Shown piece after piece: positions 18,802 to 28,045 of a DNA stretch of 64,000 nt. The first letter of the stretch is position 1. Every line of letters starts with the position of its first letter. Below the pieces are notes generated by a model. That model saw nothing but the letters and a program-made list of their open reading frames with translations, searched no databases and was not told the origin of the DNA. The DNA lies in the NCBI GenBank assembly GCA_038105035.1, contig JAYOBT010000005.1, forward strand, positions 12,676-76,675, read 5' to 3'. Made by a program: the position numbers and the translations under genes. This DNA comes from Candidatus Poseidoniales archaeon (GTDB lineage Archaea; Thermoplasmatota; Poseidoniia; Poseidoniales; Poseidoniaceae).

Positions 18802-18821
18802 CGCCCCCCTATAGGGGGGCG
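18802..18821. promoter_or_regulatory. perfect 20-bp palindrome with a TATA core in a divergent intergenic region
   Basis: CGCCCCCC-TATA-GGGGGGCG lies between rfcS (start 18739, minus strand) and the giant surface gene (start 18870, plus strand). Confidence 0.4.
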
Positions 18822-18869
18822 TGCGCCGAATCAGTCATAACCTTCCACACCTTAGGTCGAACGAGCGCC

Positions 18870-21800
18870 ATGAGAAACAGCACCACAAATCGAAATGTCT
18901 TCACAGCAGTGACTCTCATCCTGATGTTCCTTTTTGCCGACGTCTTTGTCCCATCTGCCTTCCCTGCACCAGAGGTGCTAGAAGAAGAACCGACGGTTCA
19001 GCATGTCATTTCAACCATCAGCCCAACACTCGACACCTACATTGATTCCGATAATCCAAACGACGATTATGCGGGCGAAGATACGGGTCTCCTCGGAGTT
19101 TCTGGAACGAGCGATGCGCGCCTCCTTCTCTCGTTCCCGCTCAACTTTGCATCAACGGACACCATCCATTCTGCTCGTTTGGATCTTGTCTGTTCGAATA
19201 CTGGTGCGACCAATGGTCTTGCGGTCTACCCTGCCTCAACGAGCGTCACTTGGGATGAAAACGCAACGTGGAATTCTCGCGATGGGATGCTCATGTGGGG
19301 TGAACCTGGTGCGGATGATGGTACGGACCGTTCCGACTGGGAGCCGCCCATCGTTACTTCACCGCTGGGTCCTTCTGGTGGGTCCTCAAACGTGCAACTC
19401 AACGTGACTGCACTCGCTCAAAGTGCGGTTGCATCCAGCGCATCTGCTCTTGAAATTCTAGTTTCCGCTCTTGGTTCACAATACGATTGTGCCATGAATG
19501 AAACGCTCAATATCCCTGACCGACCAAGCCTTCGAGTGGATTCCTCGACGGCGACAGCAGGATCAGGGGGGACCATTGCACCGAATTTTGTCGATGATGG
19601 TGCTCCGCTTATGTCTGACGACTTCTACCTCACTGCTGATTTGACACCGAGCATGACATGGGATTCCTACTCGGGAATTTTCGCAGAAGTTCAGCTCTCG
19701 ATGGATGATGGGTTCAAGAGCGATGAAGACAATTACAACTGGTTGTACAACACCGATGCCCACGCATCGAGTTTCACTGTATCAGGGACCACGGGTGCTT
19801 TGGATATTCCATCATCCGATGCTTTCGACAATGGGACATTTATGCATTACAGAATGCGGGCAATGGACTCGACAGGCACCTTGAGTTCGTGGGAGCAAGG
19901 CTCGTTCTTCCTGCCAACGCATGACGTTACGGCCAACAACGATGGTACAGCTTCGATTGCAGTTGATGTCAACGATCTTGCTGATGACGTGGATTTCATT
20001 GAGGACACGTATGTCGACGAGGACAACAAAAACGACAACTTCGGCACTGTTTCAACGCTGGTAACGCAAGTGACTTCCACTCGTGAAACCATTTCCCACC
20101 TACGAGTCAACTTCGATCGATTGGGATTGCATACGAACGCAACCATCATCGAAGCTTCTCTGAATCTGACTCGCTCAACTTCGAGTGGCTCAGCAACACT
20201 CGCTCTGCACGAAATGGATACAGTTGACGTTTGGTCTGAGGGCGATGCAACATGGCGCCGCCCGACAAGCAACCAACTCTGGGATGATGGTGGTCGAGAG
20301 TACCTCGGCTATGCAACCGAATCTGGTGTGATGGGGTCGCAAACCAGCGATGACTTTTCGTTTGATTTGACAAGTATGCTTCAACAGTACCTCGACAATA
20401 GCGGTCCGGATTCCCTTGACTTTGCTCTAACTGCTCGCTCGCAAAATGGTGCGTATGCGGCCAACAATGGCGTTGATTCAGTGACGTTCCACTCCTCAGA
20501 CGCATTCAATGAGGGTGACAAGCCGCAATTGTACATCAAGTATGACTGGTCTTCTCCAGTCACAGTCGCTCCCTCGCTCACATCGCCATGGGATGGTGAA
20601 ACCTTGTGGAACCAAACAGGTCACAACTTCACCGGCAACACAACGCCAACGCTCACTTGGGCATCTTCTACCTCCTCATCCTACGACATGATCTTCGAAC
20701 TTTCTACCGATTCCTTGTTCCACGATCGAATTGCACGCATCGACACCCGAACAGATACGGAATTCGCTCCGAGCGATGGTGAAGTCAGTTTCACCGGTCT
20801 TGATAGTCTCGAAGCAGGGCACATGTACAACTGGCGTATGCTTCATGTCGATTCCAACAATCGTCATGGAGAGTGGTCCTACTCTTCATTCCTCATCAGT
20901 GCCATGAACTCAACATGGCTTGGTGGTGATCGATACGAATTCCGATTAAAGCAAGGAAACGCGAGTTCTGACGGTCTTCATCCAGCGTGTGCAGACACCT
21001 ACATCGATTCGGGTATGCCTAGTTCAAATTACGGTTCTGAGACCGAATTGCAAGTTTCGTACAACACCATTCCTTCAGAAACAACAGTTCTGTTTGGTTG
21101 TGATCTTTCCACCACCTTCCTGCCGTCTGGGTACGCTGTTGAATCTGCAAATCTTGAACTGTACCTCAGTGATTTCCCATTTGGAACACCCGTCGTTGGT
21201 GCTTGGGAAAACACCCAGCATGGATGGACTGAGGACGGCGCCACGTGGGCGACATACGACGGAACAAACACATGGAACTCGGTCGGTGCGAAAGGAAACG
21301 AGCGTTCCTCGCTTCTTGACTCAGTGAGCATTGGATCTGGATTTACCTCAAGTTCTTCTGCCAACTGGAACGTGACCTTGGCCGTTCAAAATGCCATGCG
21401 TAACAATCACTCTGCTGATTTCATTCTCGGAATCATTGGAGCAGGCAGCGGTCAAATCCGCGACGTTCTGTTCCATACAGGTGCAGCCATCGATGCCAAG
21501 CGTCCAGAGCTTTCCTTCGTCTACGTACCCGGTTCGAATGCCATTCCAATTGAGCCCGTTCCAGTTCTCCCGTTGAACGGAAGTTGGAGCGTTGCCGATG
21601 GAGTCAATCCTGAACCAATTTATCGGCCTCTCATGAACTGGACACACTCAACGGGCGTTGGAGTCAGCGGCTATGCTGTCCAAATGGATACAGTCAATAC
21701 CTTCGACAGCAGTGCCATGAGCATCGAAACATCGTGGTCAAATTCAGGTTTCGATCTAACCAACAACTCGTTTACACCAACGTCTGACCTCGATGATGGC

Positions 21801-24800
21801 AAGACATGGTATTGGCGAGTACGTGCGATTTCTTCCACCAACCAACTCGGAAATTGGTCCGAAACATTCCACTTCAATCTCCCTTCTTTGGTCACGTGGA
21901 ACCTATCATCGACCACTGCTGCTGTTGAAATCCGTCACCATGAAGCCATGCCTGAACTACAACTTCCACACTTCATTGACACCTGGCTTGCCGAAGATGG
22001 CATCGAGGGCCAACAAAACCATTCGGCCTCAACTTCGCTTAAGGTTGGTGAGTTAGGTAGTGGACATCATGCTTCTGCGCTTCTGAAAATTCCTCTGAAC
22101 CAGCTGCCAACACCAAGCAATGCCCGTGTGACCAATGCTGAACTCACCATGTGGGCGCAGTCAGGTTCCGATACCAACGTGCAGGTTGCCGTTCGGCCAG
22201 TCCTTCAAACATGGACTACAGCCCTCAACAATTCCACCTACGATGGCACGAACAACTGGTCTGCCGATGGTGCTCGAGGCATTGGAACAGACGTCGGTTC
22301 ACTGAGCGACCTCAGCGCATCAGCATCGGCAGATTGGATGGATTGGGACGTGACCGAACTTGTGCAAGCAGCGCTTGCCAACGGTGATTCCTATCTCTCC
22401 ATCGCTTTGATGACCAGTGATGCCTCAGACGCTCTGATAACCTTCACAAGTACGGAAGGAGCGTCCAACCAGCGACCTTGGCTCAATCTTACATGGACGG
22501 ACGGAACTGCAACAATTCCAACCGTTGCTGCAAGCAATGCACTTCCAGTGGATGGAGACATGGCTTGGGATTTGAGCACACACGTTCCTGAACCTTCGAC
22601 CCGGCCTGTGATGACATGGACGCACTCCAATGCAGCAAACATCGATGATTGGAAGGTCTTCATCCAAAACGATCCAACCGACATTATGCTAGGGTTCTCA
22701 ATCTACGATTCTCGAACCGATACAGCCATGTTTGACTTGCAGAGCCTTTCATTCCAACCAGCAAATGACCTCGCGACCAACCAAAGCATTCGATGGTTTG
22801 TTCAACCAGTCAACGATGAAATGCTCGGTCCACGTTCGACCAGTTCCGTCTTCCACATCCCACACGACATTGGAAATCAAATCAACAGTACTTGGGGTTA
22901 CATCAACGTCTCCGAAGGAGGCTTCTTGCCAGACCTCAATGAACCGTCAGGATTTGTGACAGATACAACACTCGATTCAGCTGCATCAAACGCGAATCTC
23001 TACAATTCGGGAACCATCAGTGTTGGACGATCATCATACAGTTCTGGATCATCACAACGTTCCTCAACCATCGTTTCCGTTGATTTAACCAAGTTGCCAA
23101 TCAATGGTACGTACGAAATCATGAGTGCTTACTTCACGTTGAGTACGAAGTCGAGCAGTTACGGCGAAGTGTGGTGGAGTGGATCTGTACTCAACACCGC
23201 CTTTGATGGTGATGCGAACTGGAACAATGCCACCAATTCAACGCAGTGGAATTCCCCCGGTGCATACCATTCATCCGACACGGATATCCCGTGGGGCGGA
23301 GCAGGATTGATTGACTCATCGAACGCAACACATCGCGGAAACATTACACCCATGCTTCAACAAGCAGTTGCGAACGGTCTGACAACGTTTGACTTCCTTA
23401 TTCAAGCCGAGGAAAACAACAGCAATGTTGACGGCCGACTGGACTTCTATTCAAGCGATGAAGCGAGTACGGCACTACGTCCTTCTTTGAACATCACGTA
23501 TCGGATGACCAACGCATACATTGATGCTAGCCCAACTGGACTACTGCCAGTTGATGCAACAACCGTTTGGAACTACTCTTCCCCAAGACCATCTGGCGCC
23601 GACCACGTAAACCTGTCATGGACACCACCATCAAACAATGAAACTGGGTTCTACATGTGCTTCGCTTCAGATGCACGTATGATTTACGACCTCAATTGTG
23701 CATCTGTAAACACATCTTCTGGATTCACCGATGGAAATTACACTTGGGATCCAACAAACTCCACATTCACGATCAGAAACCCTACTTCGGCAGATAATTG
23801 GATTTATTGGCGTGTGTTCTCCTTCCAAGAAGTTACCCAAGAGAAATATTACCGGCAAGGTGAGTGGTCGCAAGTCAACACATACCGAGTTCCAGACGAT
23901 CAAGGCTACGACGATGGTGCGGGCAATCACACCGTCAACCTCTCAAGCGGTTCCATCTTCTCCAACACAGGACTGTTACCAGCAGCTCCGGATACGCACA
24001 CCGTTTCTTCTGCATTGAACACAAACTACGGTGGTAGTACGACGCTGAAATTAGGTGCGAGTTCATCCGGCGACCATGAGATCTTCATCGAATTTGATCT
24101 CTCGCAGATGCCATGGCCAAATGCCATGACGCCGACCTCGACCATGCTTCGATTGTATCGAACGCAAGTTGCTGGTATCTCGCCACTGACAGTGAGCGCT
24201 CACGCTTGTTCGACGTTCACGGAATCGAGTGTAACTGCACTTCAACCGCCTTCATGCAGTGCTACAGAAATCACACGGTCGACGCTTTCTGTTACACCTC
24301 CATCTGGATGGCTTGAGTGGGACATTACCTCACTTGCACAATCGAACATAGCGAACGGTAACCAAACCATGACCATCCAACTCAAAGCAGTTGGTTCAGG
24401 AAGCAGTCTGCACACGTTTGCCTCTGGTGAATACGCAACAGAATCTCTGCGTCCAACGCTCCGAATCGATTATGTTGACAACGTTGCTGGTGTTGTTCCA
24501 CCAGCACAACCAGTCTTGCTTTCACCGCTTGATGGTGCTGTGCTGTACGATACGACCAACAACCTCCTAGATTCGCTCGACAAACCAGTTCTCAACTGGA
24601 ACACTGTTTCTGGAGCCACGGGCTACATTGTCACAATCCGTAACGAGTCAGGCCAGTACACCTTCAAATCTGCAACCTCGAGCCAGATTACTGGAACAAG
24701 CTTCACCTTTGCCAACACCGTTGCACCAGGTTCCACCTTTGAGTGGTGGGTCCAAGCGGTCAATGGATCGATTCCAGGACCATCGTCCTCACGATGGGTT

Positions 24801-27800
24801 GTTGGAGTTGGTGACCCACAAACCATGGACAACAACGACCATACATGGACCTATGAGTTCCAAACTGGGAACGAGATTGAAGAACTTGCACACACCAATG
24901 TCCAAGATGTCTCAATCTTCAGTGGCCTGATTGATACAAACCTCGATGGAGACGCCAACGTGATTGGCATCGATGCTGCACAAGACGAATACCGCTTACT
25001 TGTCGATGTCGATTTCGGGCAAATACCGTTTAATCCAAGCATGAACGTTCATGATGTAACCTACAGCATGTATCTCGAAGATTTGAAATTCGGCAGTGGT
25101 GCCACCGGTATGACGCTCTCAGTCCATCGTGTTTTGACCACTGGTTGGTCAGAGACCTCTGCAACATGGAACGGCACGGGTAGCGCTTCTTGGGGTGCTC
25201 AAGGTATGCAGGCTGGAGTTGATTATGATTCCACACCGCTCGATTCCGTCTTCATCAGCAATTCGCAAGTTACGGACACCTGGATTTTCTTTAATTTAGG
25301 GCACAGAATGCTCTACATCGATGGCACACATAGCTGGGTCATTATCGGCACACCGACGCAAGGTTGGATGGAATTGGACTTCAGCGATAACAGCGATGAA
25401 ACGTCCTCAAAGCGTCCCCTTTTGATGATGAATTACACCGATATTGATTCGATTACCATCTCGCCAACTGCTACCTCAACGGATGCTGATTCAACCGTTC
25501 AGTTCAGTGCCTCCACATTTGATTACAATTCTTTGGTTGCGAGTGTTCCCGTTGTTTGGTCGACAAGCAGCGGCAGCATCGACTCGACAGGATTGTTCAC
25601 GCCAACAGCAGTCGGCACCCATACTGTGACTGCATGTTTCGGAGTCATCTGTGAAGATGAAACAGTCACGGTGACACCCGGTGCCCCAGTCGACTTGGTT
25701 GTTACACCTTTGACGGCAACAATTACGACGGATGAAACGCTTGAATTGACTGCAGATGTGGTGGATCAACACGGTAACGCTGTGCCTGGTCAGAGCATCA
25801 CGTTCACGCCGAGCAACGGAACCATGGGTGGCACGTTTGGTGATGTCTTCCAACCTTACGCCGTTGGTGGGCAGACCGTTACTGTCACTTGGCAAACAGA
25901 CTCTATTGTTGTCAACATTCTGGTCGAGTTAGGAGCGCCAACGACCATCGAATTGACAGGATGCGACGGCGTCGTTCCTGCAGGTACTGAATGCGAAGTC
26001 ACAACCACGCTTTACGACCAATTTGGAAACGTCATCCCGCTCACCGAAGCAGGTGCACTCTCCTACTCAGTCAACGATGGATTCTACAGTGAAGCAACGA
26101 GCATGTATTTCGCTGACACCGTAGGCACATGGCAACTCTCTATCACATCGGCAATCGGTCTATCCGATTCGATCACTGTTCAAACAGGTCATGGTCAGAT
26201 GGCTTCTCTGGAAATTGTCCCATCGGTTTGGGACATCACGGCGGACGAAGTTGTCTTCCTCAACACGACCAGAATCGATGTTCAAGGCAACCGGTTGCCT
26301 GTGAACTTGCCACTTGCAAACTGGACTTCCATCGATGATGGCGCACTCAACATCACTCTGGACCATCCAGTCCAGTGGATTCCAAACGGCCTCGGTGCTC
26401 GAGTGATTTCAGCACAGTATGAAACCACGTTTGCATCGATAACGATCAACGTCTCCAAGGGTGTCATGGTCGATATGGTGCTTATCGTTGATTCAAACGA
26501 TGCAGACGACCAAACGTTCGGTATTACTGCTGATGAAACGCTTGTTGTCAAGGCCAAAGCAAGCGATGGAAAAGGCAACCGCTGGACCATCGATGTCAAC
26601 TGGACCGTTGCTCACCCAGACTGGAGCGAACAATCTGTGTTGCTGTATCCATTGTCCGATGAGACCGAATTTATGCCTGTCTTGGCCTCTTCAACTGCCT
26701 ATGTCATTCGTGCTGAATACACGTATGATGGCCAACTGTTCAGCGAGATTGTGAACGTTGAAGTTTCGGAAGGCATCATCCAAGTCTTCACAATGAACAC
26801 GATTGCTTCCAATGGAGACACTGGATCGGTCTACAACATCAGTGCCGACCATTCGATTGATTTCTCTGTCGCTCTTAGTGACGGCGATTTGAACCCGCTC
26901 AGTGTTGATGTCCTGACATGGCTGTTCGAGGATACAGATTCTGGAACTGTCACCGATATCACAACCGACTTCGTCGCCGATGGCTATCAATGGGAAGCGA
27001 CAACTGTAGGAAACTATCGATTGTTGGCTTATGTTGAGAATGCTGATGGATTCAACTACACACGTTCCGTTGACATCTCAGTATACCACGGAATCGCCGT
27101 ATCGCTCGACCATGAACTCAACACGTTTGATGAGGATGCAGGTGAATCGATTGATATCACCATTACTGGTACAGACAGCGATGGAAACACCTTCCCACAA
27201 GATGTCGAATGGGAAGAGGATGGTTCCTTGTCAGATCGTGTGATTCCAGGCGATGATCCTGGTACTTACATCTACCAAGCATCTGCTGCTGGAGACCACG
27301 TCATGGTATATTCAACCCCGAGTGCTTCAAACACATTCGACCTGAAGATTTCACCCCAGATGATTGTCGATTTCATCGAAGTTGAGCTGTCCGCCGTCAC
27401 GGTTGAGCAACAGGCTTCCATCGAGGTAACGGTTCAAGCGTTTGATCGATTTGCCAACCCGATTCCAGTTCCGAGCAGTGCTCGTGTTGACGCAACTGGA
27501 CGCGGTACGGCCGAAAGTACTGGCCAGGGCACATGGAAGGTGACAACCTTGGACAGTGGTCCTCAAATCATCACAGTATCCGCAGGTCAAGTTAGTGAAG
27601 ATTTCAATATTGAAGTCACAGGCACACTCGGTGGATTCTTTGCAGCAGGTGGAACATTGTATTACATCGGGGCAGTGTTGATTGGACTCATCGTTGCCGT
27701 GCTTGTTGGCCTCCTCGTTATGGCCTTGCGCTCAGGTCGAGGTGATGACGATTGGGACGACGACTATGATGACGATGAGGATGACGAACCACGCTCCTCT

Positions 27801-28037
27801 CCTGGTCCGTCTGGACCAGCACCCGGTCCATCTGGCCCAGCACCTGGTCCAAGTGGTCCGGCTCCGGGTACAGGTCCGTCAGGATCACCACCACAGGAAG
27901 AGGAAGAGAAGGAAGACACCAGTTGGATGGTTGACCACCGAACCGATGACGATGGTACTGAGTGGGCTCAAAGCGAAGATGAGACGTGGTACTACCGAGA
28001 ACCTGGACAGAGTGATTGGGTCGAGTGGCAGGATTAG
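18870..28037 (+). CDS. giant (3,055-aa) secreted, C-terminally TM-anchored surface protein: repeated DTYxD/NYG beta-sandwich plus FN3-like modules, an Ig-like array and an acidic Pro/Trp-rich tail
   Basis: An uninterrupted ORF. Start set at ATG 18870, which gives the signal peptide MRNSTTNRNVFTAVTLILMFLFADVFVPSAFP. TM helix at about 27631-27733; stop at 28035-28037. Confidence 0.85.
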   Translation: MRNSTTNRNVFTAVTLILMFLFADVFVPSAFPAPEVLEEEPTVQHVISTISPTLDTYIDSDNPNDDYAGEDTGLLGVSGTSDARLLLSFPLNFASTDTIHSARLDLVCSNTGATNGLAVYPASTSVTWDENATWNSRDGMLMWGEPGADDGTDRSDWEPPIVTSPLGPSGGSSNVQLNVTALAQSAVASSASALEILVSALGSQYDCAMNETLNIPDRPSLRVDSSTATAGSGGTIAPNFVDDGAPLMSDDFYLTADLTPSMTWDSYSGIFAEVQLSMDDGFKSDEDNYNWLYNTDAHASSFTVSGTTGALDIPSSDAFDNGTFMHYRMRAMDSTGTLSSWEQGSFFLPTHDVTANNDGTASIAVDVNDLADDVDFIEDTYVDEDNKNDNFGTVSTLVTQVTSTRETISHLRVNFDRLGLHTNATIIEASLNLTRSTSSGSATLALHEMDTVDVWSEGDATWRRPTSNQLWDDGGREYLGYATESGVMGSQTSDDFSFDLTSMLQQYLDNSGPDSLDFALTARSQNGAYAANNGVDSVTFHSSDAFNEGDKPQLYIKYDWSSPVTVAPSLTSPWDGETLWNQTGHNFTGNTTPTLTWASSTSSSYDMIFELSTDSLFHDRIARIDTRTDTEFAPSDGEVSFTGLDSLEAGHMYNWRMLHVDSNNRHGEWSYSSFLISAMNSTWLGGDRYEFRLKQGNASSDGLHPACADTYIDSGMPSSNYGSETELQVSYNTIPSETTVLFGCDLSTTFLPSGYAVESANLELYLSDFPFGTPVVGAWENTQHGWTEDGATWATYDGTNTWNSVGAKGNERSSLLDSVSIGSGFTSSSSANWNVTLAVQNAMRNNHSADFILGIIGAGSGQIRDVLFHTGAAIDAKRPELSFVYVPGSNAIPIEPVPVLPLNGSWSVADGVNPEPIYRPLMNWTHSTGVGVSGYAVQMDTVNTFDSSAMSIETSWSNSGFDLTNNSFTPTSDLDDGKTWYWRVRAISSTNQLGNWSETFHFNLPSLVTWNLSSTTAAVEIRHHEAMPELQLPHFIDTWLAEDGIEGQQNHSASTSLKVGELGSGHHASALLKIPLNQLPTPSNARVTNAELTMWAQSGSDTNVQVAVRPVLQTWTTALNNSTYDGTNNWSADGARGIGTDVGSLSDLSASASADWMDWDVTELVQAALANGDSYLSIALMTSDASDALITFTSTEGASNQRPWLNLTWTDGTATIPTVAASNALPVDGDMAWDLSTHVPEPSTRPVMTWTHSNAANIDDWKVFIQNDPTDIMLGFSIYDSRTDTAMFDLQSLSFQPANDLATNQSIRWFVQPVNDEMLGPRSTSSVFHIPHDIGNQINSTWGYINVSEGGFLPDLNEPSGFVTDTTLDSAASNANLYNSGTISVGRSSYSSGSSQRSSTIVSVDLTKLPINGTYEIMSAYFTLSTKSSSYGEVWWSGSVLNTAFDGDANWNNATNSTQWNSPGAYHSSDTDIPWGGAGLIDSSNATHRGNITPMLQQAVANGLTTFDFLIQAEENNSNVDGRLDFYSSDEASTALRPSLNITYRMTNAYIDASPTGLLPVDATTVWNYSSPRPSGADHVNLSWTPPSNNETGFYMCFASDARMIYDLNCASVNTSSGFTDGNYTWDPTNSTFTIRNPTSADNWIYWRVFSFQEVTQEKYYRQGEWSQVNTYRVPDDQGYDDGAGNHTVNLSSGSIFSNTGLLPAAPDTHTVSSALNTNYGGSTTLKLGASSSGDHEIFIEFDLSQMPWPNAMTPTSTMLRLYRTQVAGISPLTVSAHACSTFTESSVTALQPPSCSATEITRSTLSVTPPSGWLEWDITSLAQSNIANGNQTMTIQLKAVGSGSSLHTFASGEYATESLRPTLRIDYVDNVAGVVPPAQPVLLSPLDGAVLYDTTNNLLDSLDKPVLNWNTVSGATGYIVTIRNESGQYTFKSATSSQITGTSFTFANTVAPGSTFEWWVQAVNGSIPGPSSSRWVVGVGDPQTMDNNDHTWTYEFQTGNEIEELAHTNVQDVSIFSGLIDTNLDGDANVIGIDAAQDEYRLLVDVDFGQIPFNPSMNVHDVTYSMYLEDLKFGSGATGMTLSVHRVLTTGWSETSATWNGTGSASWGAQGMQAGVDYDSTPLDSVFISNSQVTDTWIFFNLGHRMLYIDGTHSWVIIGTPTQGWMELDFSDNSDETSSKRPLLMMNYTDIDSITISPTATSTDADSTVQFSASTFDYNSLVASVPVVWSTSSGSIDSTGLFTPTAVGTHTVTACFGVICEDETVTVTPGAPVDLVVTPLTATITTDETLELTADVVDQHGNAVPGQSITFTPSNGTMGGTFGDVFQPYAVGGQTVTVTWQTDSIVVNILVELGAPTTIELTGCDGVVPAGTECEVTTTLYDQFGNVIPLTEAGALSYSVNDGFYSEATSMYFADTVGTWQLSITSAIGLSDSITVQTGHGQMASLEIVPSVWDITADEVVFLNTTRIDVQGNRLPVNLPLANWTSIDDGALNITLDHPVQWIPNGLGARVISAQYETTFASITINVSKGVMVDMVLIVDSNDADDQTFGITADETLVVKAKASDGKGNRWTIDVNWTVAHPDWSEQSVLLYPLSDETEFMPVLASSTAYVIRAEYTYDGQLFSEIVNVEVSEGIIQVFTMNTIASNGDTGSVYNISADHSIDFSVALSDGDLNPLSVDVLTWLFEDTDSGTVTDITTDFVADGYQWEATTVGNYRLLAYVENADGFNYTRSVDISVYHGIAVSLDHELNTFDEDAGESIDITITGTDSDGNTFPQDVEWEEDGSLSDRVIPGDDPGTYIYQASAAGDHVMVYSTPSASNTFDLKISPQMIVDFIEVELSAVTVEQQASIEVTVQAFDRFANPIPVPSSARVDATGRGTAESTGQGTWKVTTLDSGPQIITVSAGQVSEDFNIEVTGTLGGFFAAGGTLYYIGAVLIGLIVAVLVGLLVMALRSGRGDDDWDDDYDDDEDDEPRSSPGPSGPAPGPSGPAPGPSGPAPGTGPSGSPPQEEEEKEDTSWMVDHRTDDDGTEWAQSEDETWYYREPGQSDWVEWQD
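19014..25440 (+). repeat. protein-level super-repeat (six full units and one half unit, period ~0.94-1.03 kb)
   Basis: The module-initiating D-T-x codons sit at 19032, 20004, 20994, 21978, 22962, 23991 and 24933. The copies have diverged, so this is not a nucleotide-identical repeat. Confidence 0.6.
27801..27863 (+). repeat. 3 x 21-nt imperfect tandem repeat encoding (PGPSGPA)x3
   Basis: cctggtccgtctggaccagca / cccggtccatctggcccagca / cctggtccaagtggtccggct, followed by a degenerate fourth unit. Confidence 0.8.
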
Positions 28038-28045
28038 GTGATCAC

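Noticed and set aside
27682-28041. A 119-aa alternative-frame ORF over the tail of the giant protein.
   Set aside because: It is created by the repetitive GAT/GAC and CCN-rich coding sequence of the acidic/Pro-rich tail. The main frame is continuous with 3,000 upstream codons.
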